53,848 nucleotides of DNA from Pseudomonadota bacterium (lineage in GTDB: Bacteria; Desulfobacterota; Syntrophorhabdia; Syntrophorhabdales; Syntrophorhabdaceae), in NCBI GenBank assembly GCA_026388215.1, contig JAPLKF010000164.1, positions 1-53,848 on the forward strand. Direction: 5' to 3'. Below the pieces are notes generated by a model. It searched no databases. It had not been told where the DNA came from and worked only from the letters and a program-made list of their open reading frames with translations. Position numbers and translations under genes: made by a program. Below, piece by piece: positions 9,023 to 18,096 of this stretch. Position 1 is the stretch's first letter. Each line of letters begins with the position of its first letter.

Positions 9023-9964
9023 TTGATTTTTAATGGAACCGGACTGGTGAAAGATGGTTTGTATGTTACTGGTTTTGCATGGTCACCTACCTATCTTTTG
9101 GTGGCAGAACAGCCGGTTCTTTTCGAGGCTGGTTTTTGCTGCATGGGCAGGATATACGAGAGGGATATTAGAAGGATATTAGCCCTGAAAAGCCCTGAAA
9201 TACTCTTTTTAACCCATGTTCATTATGACCATTGCGGTGCCGCATCATATTTCAAAAAGGTCTTTCCAGGCCTAAAAATAGCTGCTTCAAGAAGGGCTGC
9301 TGAGATTATAAAACGCCCAAATGCCCAAAAACTGATGATTTCCTTAAGCCAGAATGCAATCCATTTGATAGCTCCCATGGAAGGGATTGATGAAGGCATG
9401 TTAATAGGGGAACCGTTTGAACCCTTTGAGGTGGACATGATCCTTAAAGAAGGGCAAATAATCAACCTAAAAAAGAATCTAAGTGTTCAGGTCTTTGCAG
9501 CCCCTGGTCACACCAGAGACATGTTTAGTTATTACATACCCGAAAGAAAGATGCTTATTGCAACAGAGACTGCTGGCTGCCTCGGTCAGACGGGGCATAT
9601 TGTGAGCGATTTCCTGGTTGACTATGATGGGTATATGGCTTCGCTCAAGCGTCTTGCTGCTTTAGACGTAGAAGTTTTGTGTCAGGGGCACCATTTTGTT
9701 TTCGTTGGTAAATCAGTAAAAGACTTCTTTGCCCGGTCAATTGACGCAGCTGAAGATTTTAAGGTTAAGGTGGAAAGACTTTTACGGGTTGAGGGAGGGT
9801 CTATAGACCGGGTTGTTAATCTTATCAAGGCTGAAGAATATGACACAAATCCTGGTCCTAAGCAACCAGAACCAGCATACTTGATCAACCTTAAGACCAG
9901 GGTAACTCACTTAGCAGAACGGCTTCAGTGGCAAAAGGGGTCAAGGGGTCTAGGGGCCAGGTAA
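9023..9964 (+). CDS. MBL-fold metallo-hydrolase
   Basis: THVHYDHCG (HxHxDH). TTG start 5 nt after AGGAG. The last ~9 codons (...GSRGLGAR) are encoded by the repeat element at 9934-9961. Confidence 0.65.
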   Translation: MIFNGTGLVKDGLYVTGFAWSPTYLLVAEQPVLFEAGFCCMGRIYERDIRRILALKSPEILFLTHVHYDHCGAASYFKKVFPGLKIAASRRAAEIIKRPNAQKLMISLSQNAIHLIAPMEGIDEGMLIGEPFEPFEVDMILKEGQIINLKKNLSVQVFAAPGHTRDMFSYYIPERKMLIATETAGCLGQTGHIVSDFLVDYDGYMASLKRLAALDVEVLCQGHHFVFVGKSVKDFFARSIDAAEDFKVKVERLLRVEGGSIDRVVNLIKAEEYDTNPGPKQPEPAYLINLKTRVTHLAERLQWQKGSRGLGAR

Positions 9965-9994
9965 AAACACTCAAATCCTTGAATCCTCGAACCC
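9934..9994. repeat. Octamer-word imperfect palindrome (GGGGTCAA GGGGTCTA GGGGCCAG ... TCAAATCC TTGAATCC TCGAACCC)
   Basis: Read directly. The two arms (9937-9961 and 9970-9994) pair imperfectly with periodic mismatches and are followed by TTTAAATTCTTTTT. Same word family as 315-375 and 18097-18152. Confidence 0.5.
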
Positions 9995-10100
9995 TTTAAA
10001 TTCTTTTTCCTTTATCAAAAATATTTGACATATTGAATATAAAATAGTTAGATATACAGCATGTGAATTTTTTAATTTTTAACAAATTAGGAGGGATAAT

Positions 10101-10961
10101 ATGGATATAAAGACAATCGGAATTTTGGGGGCAGGCGTTATGGGAAACGGGATTGCCCAGGTAGCTGCTCAGGCAGGCTATAATGTCGTGATGAGGGATA
10201 TTGAAGACAGATTTGTTGAAGGTGGTATGAAGAATATCGACAGGTTTCTTTCAAAGAGTGTTGAAAAGGGAAAGATGACGGCAGACGAAAAAGGTGCAAT
10301 CATGGGAAGAATTAAGGGAACAACCAAGATGGAAGACCTGAAGGATGTGGATTTTGTTGTTGAGGTTGTTCTTGAAGTAATGGATATAAAGAAAAAGGTG
10401 TTTAAAGAATTGGATGAGCTTACAAGAAAAGACGTAATACTCTCATCAAATACATCTTCCATGTCTATCACAGAGATTGCAACTGCTACAAATAGTCCCG
10501 AAAGGGTTGTGGGTATGCATTTTTTTAATCCTGTCCCGCTTATGAGGCTCGTTGAAGTTATTAGGGGTTTCAAGACAAACGATGAGACAGTTGCGGTAAC
10601 AATGGACCTATCAAAAAAAATGGGCAAGGAGCCCGTGGAAGTAAAGGTCGACATTGCAGGCTTTTTGGTAAACAGGCTAATGGTTCCACACTTCGTCGAA
10701 GCGATAAGGCTTTACGAAGCGGGTATTGCATCGAAAGAGGATATCGATAAGGCTGCAAAGCTTGGTCTCAACTATCCGATGGGTCCCTTTGAACTGATGG
10801 ACCTGACAGGGCTTGATATCAATCTCCACGTTATGGATTATTTTTACGAAGCATTAAATAAAGAACTCAAATGGGTATCACCCCTGCCGCTCAGAAACTT
10901 GGTGAAAGCAGGCCTCCTTGGCAGGAAAACAGGCAAAGGATGGTACGATTACACCAAATAA
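10101..10961 (+). CDS. hbd: 3-hydroxybutyryl/3-hydroxyacyl-CoA dehydrogenase
   Basis: GAGVMGNGIAQ Rossmann motif and 286 aa, with the NAD-binding plus C-terminal domain pattern of Hbd/FadB-type enzymes. Good RBS (AGGAGGG). Confidence 0.85.
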   Translation: MDIKTIGILGAGVMGNGIAQVAAQAGYNVVMRDIEDRFVEGGMKNIDRFLSKSVEKGKMTADEKGAIMGRIKGTTKMEDLKDVDFVVEVVLEVMDIKKKVFKELDELTRKDVILSSNTSSMSITEIATATNSPERVVGMHFFNPVPLMRLVEVIRGFKTNDETVAVTMDLSKKMGKEPVEVKVDIAGFLVNRLMVPHFVEAIRLYEAGIASKEDIDKAAKLGLNYPMGPFELMDLTGLDINLHVMDYFYEALNKELKWVSPLPLRNLVKAGLLGRKTGKGWYDYTK

Positions 10962-10983
10962 GGAGAATGTAAGGAGGCCGTAT

Positions 10984-11781
10984 ATGGGCTATGAAACTTT
11001 GATAATCGAGAGAGAAGCACCTGTTGGCATCATCAAGCTTGATAGACCTCCAGTAAATCCCTTGAGTGTGAAATCATATCTGGAACTCTATGATGCGATC
11101 TGTGAATTTGAAAGGGATGATGAAATTGGTGCAATTATTATAACAGGCAGTGGTGAAAAGGCCTTTGCAGCAGGTCTCGATGTAAAGGATGTAATAGGCA
11201 AGTCTGCAGTAGAAACTCTCGATTTCTTATGGAGTGCCCCGAGGAGAACCTTTGATAAACTTACAAGTATTGAAAAACCAACAATCGCTGCAGTTTTTGG
11301 GCTTGCCCTCGGTGGTGGTTGTGAGGTTGCCCTATGTTGTGACATCAGGATTGCATCTGATGATGCGATATTCGGTGTGCCTGAGATAAACCTTGGTATT
11401 ATGCCAGGATCAGGGGCAACCCAGAGGCTTCCAAGGCTTATCGGGGTTGCGAAGGCAAAGGAGATGCTTTTTACAGGAGATAATGTGAATGCGGCAGAAG
11501 CCTATCGTATAGGCCTTGTTAATAAGGTTGTACCAAAAGCTATATTGTTGGAAGAAGCGAAAGCATTTGCAAAAAAACTGGCATCTAAACCGAAAGCAGC
11601 CTTTGCTCTTATAAAGAGGTGTGTTGATAATGGGCTCAATATGGACCTTGCATCTGGTCTCACGTTGGAAATGGATTCCTTTTCGATTGCCTTTACATCA
11701 GAAGATGGCAGAGAAGGTATAAATGCCTTTGTAGAAAAGAGAAAACCCAACTATAAGGGTAAAAATAGAGGAATTAATTAA
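10984..11781 (+). CDS. Enoyl-CoA hydratase (crotonase)
   Basis: Crotonase-fold motifs ...ITGSGEKAFAAGLDV..., ...GGGCEVALCCDIR... and ...PEINLGIMPGSGATQRL.... ATG 10984, preceded by AAGGAGG, is preferred over the track start at 10918. Confidence 0.85.
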   Translation: MGYETLIIEREAPVGIIKLDRPPVNPLSVKSYLELYDAICEFERDDEIGAIIITGSGEKAFAAGLDVKDVIGKSAVETLDFLWSAPRRTFDKLTSIEKPTIAAVFGLALGGGCEVALCCDIRIASDDAIFGVPEINLGIMPGSGATQRLPRLIGVAKAKEMLFTGDNVNAAEAYRIGLVNKVVPKAILLEEAKAFAKKLASKPKAAFALIKRCVDNGLNMDLASGLTLEMDSFSIAFTSEDGREGINAFVEKRKPNYKGKNRGIN

Positions 11782-11797
11782 CGTTAAGGAGGATTGT

Positions 11798-11878
11798 ATG
11801 GCAAGAAATGTAGTAATATTAGCCGGTGGCCAATACAAACTTAAGAATACATGTTTGACTGGACCTTTTGCAGTTTAA
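11798..11878 (+). pseudogene. 26-codon remnant resembling the 5' end of a thiolase-type gene
   Basis: AAGGAGG then ATG at 11798, giving MARNVVILAGGQYKLKNTCLTGPFAV*. The first ~12 residues resemble M..VaIvG.GQtkf N-termini of SCP-x/thiolase-like proteins. It lies in A+T-rich DNA just before the G+C-rich thiolase. Confidence 0.3.
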
Positions 11879-11906
11879 ATAAACTAAATTGGAAGGAGGT
11901 AGTTTT

Positions 11907-13118
11907 ATGAAGACTTTTACAAAGGCGTATATCCCTTACAACGGCTACTACTCGAGTCCCTTCAGCCGCTGGCAGGGGAGCATGCAGAATGAAAACTCGA
12001 TTGAGTTAGGGGCAAAGACGGCAAGGAGATGGTTTCTCGAGAAGAAGAAAATCGATCCCAGCATCATCGACTACCTGTATTTCGGGATTACCATCCATCA
12101 GCACCACCTGTTTTACAGCCACAACTGGGCTGCCGGCATACTGACAGACAACAAGAAAAACGTGCCCGGCCTCATGATCAACCAGGCCTGCACAACGTCC
12201 ACCACGATTCTCAATCTCGCTGCTCTTGCCATAGAGCAAGGCGCTTTTGATGTGGCTTTTTGCCTGATGGCTGATCGCTGCTCCAACGGGGCTCACACTG
12301 TGTGGCCCAACCCCATGGGTCCTGGGGGCGAGGTAATCAGCGAAAACTGGTTGATGGACAACTTCAGCAGCGATCCCAACGTATTTCCGCCCCTCAAGAT
12401 GGTGCAGACCGCTGAGAACGTAGCCAAAGAAGCAGGGATCACCAAGGAGGAGTGTGACGCAGTAGTCTTAAGACGCTACGAGCAGTACCAGATGGCCCTG
12501 GCCAATAACCGGGCCTTCCAGAAGCGCTACATGTTTCCCGCAGAGGTAAGGGTCTCCAAGAAGAAGACCATGCTGGTAGAGCTGGACGAGGGCGTGACCC
12601 CCACCACGGCAGAAGGTCTGGCCAAGCTCGGCCCGGCTGAAAAGGGAGGTGTCCACAGCTTCGGCGCCCAGACATTCCCTGCCGACGGTAACTGCGGCTT
12701 CATCGTCACTAACCGGGATAAGGCCAAGGAACTGAGCGCGAATCCGGGTGTGGAGATCCAGATCGTTTCCTACGGTTTTTCTCGTGTCAACCCGGGCTTC
12801 ATGGCCGCAGCGCCTGTACCGGCCGCCCAGATGGCCCTTGCCAACGCGGGTCTGAAAATCACGGACATGAAGGCCATCAAGAGCCATAACCCCTTTGCCA
12901 CGAATGACCTCAACTTTGCTAAGAAGATGAGCATCGATGTGATGAAAATGAACAACTACGGAAGCTCCCTGATATACGGGCATCCCCAGGCTCCGACAGC
13001 AGGCAGGATCATTGCCGAGATGCTCGAAGAGATGGTGGATCTCGGCGGCGGCTACTGCCTCTGGACCGGCTGCGCTGCCGGCGATACGGGTGCCTCCATA
13101 ATCTTCAAAGTCGGCTGA
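11907..13118 (+). CDS. Thiolase-family acetyl-CoA C-acyltransferase (G+C-rich, compositionally foreign)
   Basis: ...INQACTTSTT... (active-site Cys context), ...YGHPQAPTAGRI... and ...GCAAGDTGASIIFK... fit the thiolase fold. ATG 11907 after GGAAGGAGG. Codon usage is strongly G/C-ending, unlike the flanking genes. Confidence 0.8.
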   Translation: MKTFTKAYIPYNGYYSSPFSRWQGSMQNENSIELGAKTARRWFLEKKKIDPSIIDYLYFGITIHQHHLFYSHNWAAGILTDNKKNVPGLMINQACTTSTTILNLAALAIEQGAFDVAFCLMADRCSNGAHTVWPNPMGPGGEVISENWLMDNFSSDPNVFPPLKMVQTAENVAKEAGITKEECDAVVLRRYEQYQMALANNRAFQKRYMFPAEVRVSKKKTMLVELDEGVTPTTAEGLAKLGPAEKGGVHSFGAQTFPADGNCGFIVTNRDKAKELSANPGVEIQIVSYGFSRVNPGFMAAAPVPAAQMALANAGLKITDMKAIKSHNPFATNDLNFAKKMSIDVMKMNNYGSSLIYGHPQAPTAGRIIAEMLEEMVDLGGGYCLWTGCAAGDTGASIIFKVG

Positions 13119-13132
13119 GATATATAAAATCC

Positions 13133-13200
13133 AAGGAGCCGGATGTCCGGCTCCTTGTTAGTTCTTCGGGCCGTTCCTCTCCCTAAGGAACGGCCTTTTT
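13133..13200 (+). terminator. Two tandem hairpins, the second a canonical rho-independent terminator
   Basis: AAGGAGCCGG/CCGGCTCCTT (13133-13156), then GGCCGTTCC/GGAACGGCC (13169-13195) followed by TTTTT. Confidence 0.65.
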
Positions 13201-13293
13201 CATCCTGCACCGGAGTGACGAGGTACAGTTGGCTGTATTCGAAGTTCCTCCAATCCCCATCGAGAAAGGAAAGGCGAGCACAACAATGGCTTA

Positions 13294-13331
13294 GAGGGCA
13301 TTCTTTGCCTTCGAGCGGGCATTCCCCGCTC
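13294..13331 (-). terminator. Twin G+C-rich hairpins immediately downstream of the pagL-like stop
   Basis: GAGGGCA/TGCCTTC (13294-13312) and GAGCGGG/CCCGCTC (13313-13331). No clear U-run on the minus strand, so function is uncertain. Confidence 0.35.
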
Positions 13332-13335
13332 CACC

Positions 13336-13869
13336 TTAAAAGCTTATACCTATATTTATTATATTTGCATTAATTGACCTGTTGGGTGATGCCAACCCAG
13401 CATTTGAGTAATGTCTGAATCTGTTTTCAACGAAGTATTTATTCCATTTATAGCCTATTCCTCCCTGAAGCATGAAAAGCAGGTGGGTATCCTGTTCCAT
13501 GAACCCTATTGTTGTATATGAGGCACCCATTGCCAGTGTTCCAAAAAGTCCTTTTTTAGTGTCCTTATTCAAATAAAATCTCAATCCCACTGTCATACCT
13601 AAGTCAAGTCCATCCGTAGGTCTGTTTACGTAAGCGAGGAATGGTTCAAGAAGAAGATTTGTTCTACTGGATAAAGATTTTTCACGTGAATAGGCTAACT
13701 GAAAAAAATCATAATATCCATTTGTACCCCTTAGCTTGCCTATCCCTTGATTGCCATTAAATGCTCCAAAACCGTACCCCACCGAAATGTTGTTATTTTG
13801 GGCATGCCCAAAAAGAGGAATAAATATAAAAGATAAAAACAATACGAATATTGAAATCCACTTTTGCAT
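13336..13869 (-). CDS. Lipid A deacylase PagL-like / acyloxyacyl hydrolase outer-membrane protein
   Basis: Signal peptide MQKWISIFVLFLSFIFIPLFGHA, a beta-barrel-like alternating sequence, and ...RFRHYSNAGLASPNRSINA... (HxSN motif of the PagL family). ATG 13869 is preferred over the track start at 13995. Confidence 0.6.
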   Translation of the reverse strand: MQKWISIFVLFLSFIFIPLFGHAQNNNISVGYGFGAFNGNQGIGKLRGTNGYYDFFQLAYSREKSLSSRTNLLLEPFLAYVNRPTDGLDLGMTVGLRFYLNKDTKKGLFGTLAMGASYTTIGFMEQDTHLLFMLQGGIGYKWNKYFVENRFRHYSNAGLASPNRSINANIINIGISF

Positions 13870-13957
13870 ACGAACCCCCATAGTGAAATGTGAAAAGTTT
13901 TTTATACATGCCAATAGTTGTTTAACATAAGCAAAAAATGTTGTAAAATCTTTTTTT

Positions 13958-14575
13958 ATGAATAGAGTAATTTTTGCGATATTTTTTTCTTTCATATTTT
14001 TTTTTACAAACCTTTCATATGGGAAAGAATATATAGTGAAAAAGGTTATTGATGGCGATACGATTCAACTTGAAACAGGTGAAACCGTAAGATATATAGG
14101 GATTGATGCCCCGGAATTATTTCCAAAGGATGGGGGAGCTGAGTTTTATGCAAGGGAAGCAGCAAAATATAACAAAAGGCTTGTTTTTTTGAAGAAGGTG
14201 AGGCTTGAATTTGATGTTGAAAAAAAAGACAACTATGGAAGGTTGCTTGCATATGTATTTGTAAAAAATGTGTTTGTGAACGCAGAGCTTGTAAAACACG
14301 GTTATGCAAAAGCGATGGTCAAACCTCCAAATACAAAATATAGGGATATGCTTTTGAGTTATCAACAAAAGGCGATGGAAGAGGAAAGAGGCGTGTGGCA
14401 AGAAAAAAAGAAGGATACAGAGTCGTATTATATTGGAAATAAGAGGACTTACACCCTTCATAGACCGTCATGCATTTATGCAGGCAAGATTCCTGAAAAA
14501 AACAGAATAGTTTTCAGAAGTCGTATTGATGCGATAAAAATAGGGTATAGCCCTTGTAAGTATTGTAAACCATGA
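13958..14575 (+). CDS. Secreted staphylococcal-nuclease (thermonuclease) homologue with C-terminal Cys-rich zinc-ribbon-like tail
   Basis: Signal peptide, then ...VIDGDTI...RYIGIDAPE...YGRLLAYV... SNase motifs. The tail HRPSC...GYSPCKYCKP resembles an Ada-type metal-binding motif. Confidence 0.75.
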   Translation: MNRVIFAIFFSFIFFFTNLSYGKEYIVKKVIDGDTIQLETGETVRYIGIDAPELFPKDGGAEFYAREAAKYNKRLVFLKKVRLEFDVEKKDNYGRLLAYVFVKNVFVNAELVKHGYAKAMVKPPNTKYRDMLLSYQQKAMEEERGVWQEKKKDTESYYIGNKRTYTLHRPSCIYAGKIPEKNRIVFRSRIDAIKIGYSPCKYCKP

Positions 14576-16089
14576 TTGAAGAATATATTACATACTGGGG
14601 TTTAAAACAACATCCATTTCTGTTAGCACCTGACAGTAAAATGATGTGTGTAACGGGACAGTATTATGAATGTCTGGAAAGGTTAAAGTACGCAATAAAT
14701 ACAAACAAAGGCGGTGTCCTTGTTGTATCTGAAGACGCCGGACTTGGAAAAACAACTATCCTTTTAAAACTTATCGATGAGATGAGAGAAGAATATGGGG
14801 ATGCCTTCAGGTATGCCTTTATTGATCATCCCACGTTGACTTCTTCCCAGATGATTGCTCACATAACCCAATGCATAACTGACTCACCACCGGATGATGA
14901 TAAATTAAAAAATCTCATGGTTCTTAAAAATACTTTGACGGAGGTAAAAGAGCGCGGGGGAAAGAACATTATAATTGTTGATGAAGGGCAGATGTTGTGT
15001 GAGGCAAAAGATGTGTTACAGGAATTGAGAACATTAATAAATCTTATGCATAACAATGAATATCTCCATACATTTATTCTCTCAGGACAAAGGGCATTAT
15101 GGAATACAATCAAAGGTATGCCTGAATTCTGGCAAAGACTACCTGTAAGATATTATTTTATCCCCTTACGGGTTGAGGAAACAAAGGAACTTGTAAAATA
15201 TAGGCTTAAGAAGGCAGGACTTGATGAAGGAAGGGAAATTTTTGCAAATGATGCCTTAGAGATTATACACAGATATTCTATGGGTTCACCAAGAACAATT
15301 ATTGCCCTTTCAGACCTTTCATTACTTGTTGGTTTTACCAATCATGCAAAGAAGATTAGCTTTAAAGAGGTTTCAAAGGCAATAAATGCTATGTCTGGAA
15401 AGGGGGAAGGTCTTCCTTATGTGACAGAGGAACGACATAAGGAAAGGGAGCCATCTTTAAAAAGCTTTGCCAATGTTGAGAGGAGCAGTGATGTTATTAA
15501 AGGCAAGAGGCATGTTGAACGTAATGTAGATAGTATCAAGGGTAGCTCAGAAAAACAGAAAACACAAATGCAGAGCTACTTAAGACCTGTTTACGCTGTA
15601 CTGGCAATTGTTTTTGTCATTGTTGCGGGGACCATAGGGTATTATTATACCTTCCAAGGAATGAAAGATAGTGGCATAGTGGTAGTGAAGAAAGAAATTG
15701 AGAAACAGCCACAGGAGAGCAAGGTAGAGAAAAACATAGGTATTGAGAAGGTTGAGAAAGCAGATACAACGTTAAGCAAGGATAGTGAACCGGTGGTAGC
15801 AAAGAAAGAAGATGTAAAACAACCTCAGGAAGAAGAAGTCCAGAAGGATACGGATATTAAAAAGGCAGACCTACCAACGAAAGAAGCGATAGTGAGTAAA
15901 ATAGCAGCGAATATAAGAATTAGTCCTGATATTAGATCCCCGAGAATCGCTATGCTTTTCAGAGGGGAAACAGTGAAGATATTGAGTCATAAGACAGATA
16001 GAGACGGGATGAAATGGTATAAAATCCATTTGTATGGAAACAGGGAAGGCTGGATTGCGGATAGTGTGGTGACAGTCAGACAGCAGTGA
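14572..16089 (+). CDS. ExeA/GspA-like AAA (AAA_22) ATPase with TM segment, K/E-rich repeat linker and SH3b-like C-terminal domain
   Basis: Walker A GLGKTT, Walker B IIIVDEGQ, an ExeA-like N-terminus (YWGLKQHPF), TM YAVLAIVFVIVAGTIGYYY, and a C-terminal ...MKWYKIHLYGNREGWIADSVV. ATGA overlap with the nuclease gene. Confidence 0.65.
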   Translation: MIEEYITYWGLKQHPFLLAPDSKMMCVTGQYYECLERLKYAINTNKGGVLVVSEDAGLGKTTILLKLIDEMREEYGDAFRYAFIDHPTLTSSQMIAHITQCITDSPPDDDKLKNLMVLKNTLTEVKERGGKNIIIVDEGQMLCEAKDVLQELRTLINLMHNNEYLHTFILSGQRALWNTIKGMPEFWQRLPVRYYFIPLRVEETKELVKYRLKKAGLDEGREIFANDALEIIHRYSMGSPRTIIALSDLSLLVGFTNHAKKISFKEVSKAINAMSGKGEGLPYVTEERHKEREPSLKSFANVERSSDVIKGKRHVERNVDSIKGSSEKQKTQMQSYLRPVYAVLAIVFVIVAGTIGYYYTFQGMKDSGIVVVKKEIEKQPQESKVEKNIGIEKVEKADTTLSKDSEPVVAKKEDVKQPQEEEVQKDTDIKKADLPTKEAIVSKIAANIRISPDIRSPRIAMLFRGETVKILSHKTDRDGMKWYKIHLYGNREGWIADSVVTVRQQ

Positions 16090-16093
16090 CAGC

Positions 16094-16137
16094 AGTAAGG
16101 AGTAGGAAGTAAGGAGTAAGCAGTTACTGCCTACTTC
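16094..16137. repeat. Heptamer-word element (AGTAAGG AGTAGGA AGTAAGG AGTAAGC AGTTACT) with GCAGT-T-ACTGC palindrome
   Basis: Read directly. It fills the 51-nt gap between the convergent stops at 16089 and 16141 and is probably a terminator hairpin. Confidence 0.5.
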
Positions 16138-16140
16138 ATT

Positions 16141-18036
16141 TTAGCTTCTCAAGATTCTCTTATCTCCTATCCTGATAGTCAGTTTTATTTTATCAAGATA
16201 TTCAAGAAGGGGTATCATATATTTTCTTGACAGGTCCAGTGTGGATTTGAAATCAGAAGGTGTCATCTCCTTGTTTTGCCTCAGGTAGCCCATTACCTTT
16301 TCTTTTAGATTTTCTATAACATCCCTGTGGAAATACATATCTCCTTTCACTTTTATTATTTTACCTTCGTACACAAGTCTTTCTATAATATCCCTCAGGT
16401 GGTCTTCATTTTGGTTTAATTCTTTTGATAAATCCTTTAAGGTTGGTGGAGTAAAACCGTATTCGTATAGTTTTTTGATGATATCATTTTCAAATATTTC
16501 TATGCTTCTGTCCTTTGTCCCGTTTATTTTTTTTACCCTGACCTTATCCTTTTCTACTTCCACGCTGCCCTCGTTTATGCATTCTTCCAGGGCTGTCTGG
16601 AACACAAGAGGCTCTACTTTTGGCAGTCTTGTTCGTAATTCTTCTTTTGAGATACCTATTTTCAGGGGGTTCTTTGTATGAAAATCAAAGAGCAGTTTTT
16701 GTAACATCCTTTTGTAGTCTTTAAATTTATTCATATGGATAATAGCTCTTCCAATGGGTTTTACTCTGTTAGATTGTTTTAACATCTCTAATATCCTGTT
16801 GATGGATATCCCCTCATTACCTAAAAGTATGGGCAATCTGTTTTCTTTAATGCCTTCGAACCCACCCTTTATAATGTGATATTCCGCCTTATCTTCTGGT
16901 GTCCCATCTGTGAGCAGTTTATATGTTGCATCCAGATGCTCAGCGTTTCTTTTGTGTTTTGTTGGCATAATATCGAGGATTTTCCCGCCGCCAATAGTCT
17001 GTATGGCATACGAACCCCTTAAGATATATCTGTCGCCAGGCAGGGCTACAATTGGTTCTAAAAATACAAATTGGGTGAACACTTCCTCACCTGGTTCCAC
17101 AGCATCTTTGTTGAGCAATATGAGTCTTGCCTCCTCCTGCGTTGTCGCTATATGGAATCTCAAAATGCTCCCATTTTTGATAGGCTTAAAAGGCAGTCTT
17201 AAATATTTGAAGGTTGTATCTATTCTATTTGTGAGTGCCAGTGTATCAGGTCTGCCTATGATAGTTCCCCTCTCCAGTTCTTGTTTTTCTATGCCCTGGA
17301 GGTTCAGTGCAACCCTTTGACCTGCAATGGCTTCTTCTACATCCTCATGATAGACCTGGATATTTCTTATCCGTGTCTTCTTTGACAGAGGATATATCTC
17401 AATCTCCTCACCTATCTTTATATGGCCGGAGATACATGTCCCTGTGACAATAGTGCCAAGACCTTTTAATGTAAATACCCTGTCAACCGGCAACCTGAAT
17501 ATGCCTTCCTTTGACCTTTCCTGTAATGCTATTGCCACATCCCTTATGGATTCTCTCAGAGTATCGATATTCTCACCTGTAGTTGATGAGACAGGTATTA
17601 CAGGAGCTCCTTCAAGCGCTCTCCCTTTAAGGAAATCTTTTATATCTTCCCTTACAAGTTCTATCATTTCATCTTCAACAAGGTCTTTTTTGGTAATTGC
17701 GACGATACCCCTTTTTAACCCGAGTATCTCGCATATATCGATATGTTCCTTTGTCTGAGGCATTACACCTTCGTCTGCTGCAACAACAAGAAGCACCATA
17801 TCAATACCCCATGCCCCGGCTACCATGTGCCTTACGAAGCGTTCGTGTCCTGGAACATCCACTATCCCTATAAGTAAATCATCGCCAAATTTATGATGTG
17901 CAAAGCCGAGTTCTGTGGTGATACCCCTTTCCTTTTCTTCCTTCAATCTGTCACAGTCAATGCCCGTGAGGGCTTTTATCAGGGTGGTTTTCCCATGGTC
18001 AATATGTCCGGCAGTGCCGATAACAATCTTTTTCAT
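16141..18036 (-). CDS. selB: Selenocysteine-specific translation elongation factor SelB
   Basis: GTPase motifs [10 protein letters not shown] and [10 protein letters not shown]-Tu-like domains, and a long C-terminal winged-helix extension (631 aa from ATG 18036, [11 protein letters not shown]). Confidence 0.85.
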   Translation of the reverse strand: MKKIVIGTAGHIDHGKTTLIKALTGIDCDRLKEEKERGITTELGFAHHKFGDDLLIGIVDVPGHERFVRHMVAGAWGIDMVLLVVAADEGVMPQTKEHIDICEILGLKRGIVAITKKDLVEDEMIELVREDIKDFLKGRALEGAPVIPVSSTTGENIDTLRESIRDVAIALQERSKEGIFRLPVDRVFTLKGLGTIVTGTCISGHIKIGEEIEIYPLSKKTRIRNIQVYHEDVEEAIAGQRVALNLQGIEKQELERGTIIGRPDTLALTNRIDTTFKYLRLPFKPIKNGSILRFHIATTQEEARLILLNKDAVEPGEEVFTQFVFLEPIVALPGDRYILRGSYAIQTIGGGKILDIMPTKHKRNAEHLDATYKLLTDGTPEDKAEYHIIKGGFEGIKENRLPILLGNEGISINRILEMLKQSNRVKPIGRAIIHMNKFKDYKRMLQKLLFDFHTKNPLKIGISKEELRTRLPKVEPLVFQTALEECINEGSVEVEKDKVRVKKINGTKDRSIEIFENDIIKKLYEYGFTPPTLKDLSKELNQNEDHLRDIIERLVYEGKIIKVKGDMYFHRDVIENLKEKVMGYLRQNKEMTPSDFKSTLDLSRKYMIPLLEYLDKIKLTIRIGDKRILRS

Positions 18037-18096
18037 TGGCAACCTAACTATACAATATTTTACCGGGATGCTCAAACAGCTTGTATTTCAAGAAAG

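Noticed and set aside
12006-12983. Several long antisense or out-of-frame ORFs inside the thiolase gene (12006..12296, 12439..12675, 12468..12983, 12527..12727, 12770..12955).
   Set aside because: These are typical stop-poor shadow frames of G+C-rich coding DNA. They have no RBS, a low-complexity Arg/Pro/Gly-rich composition, and they fully overlap a well-supported gene.
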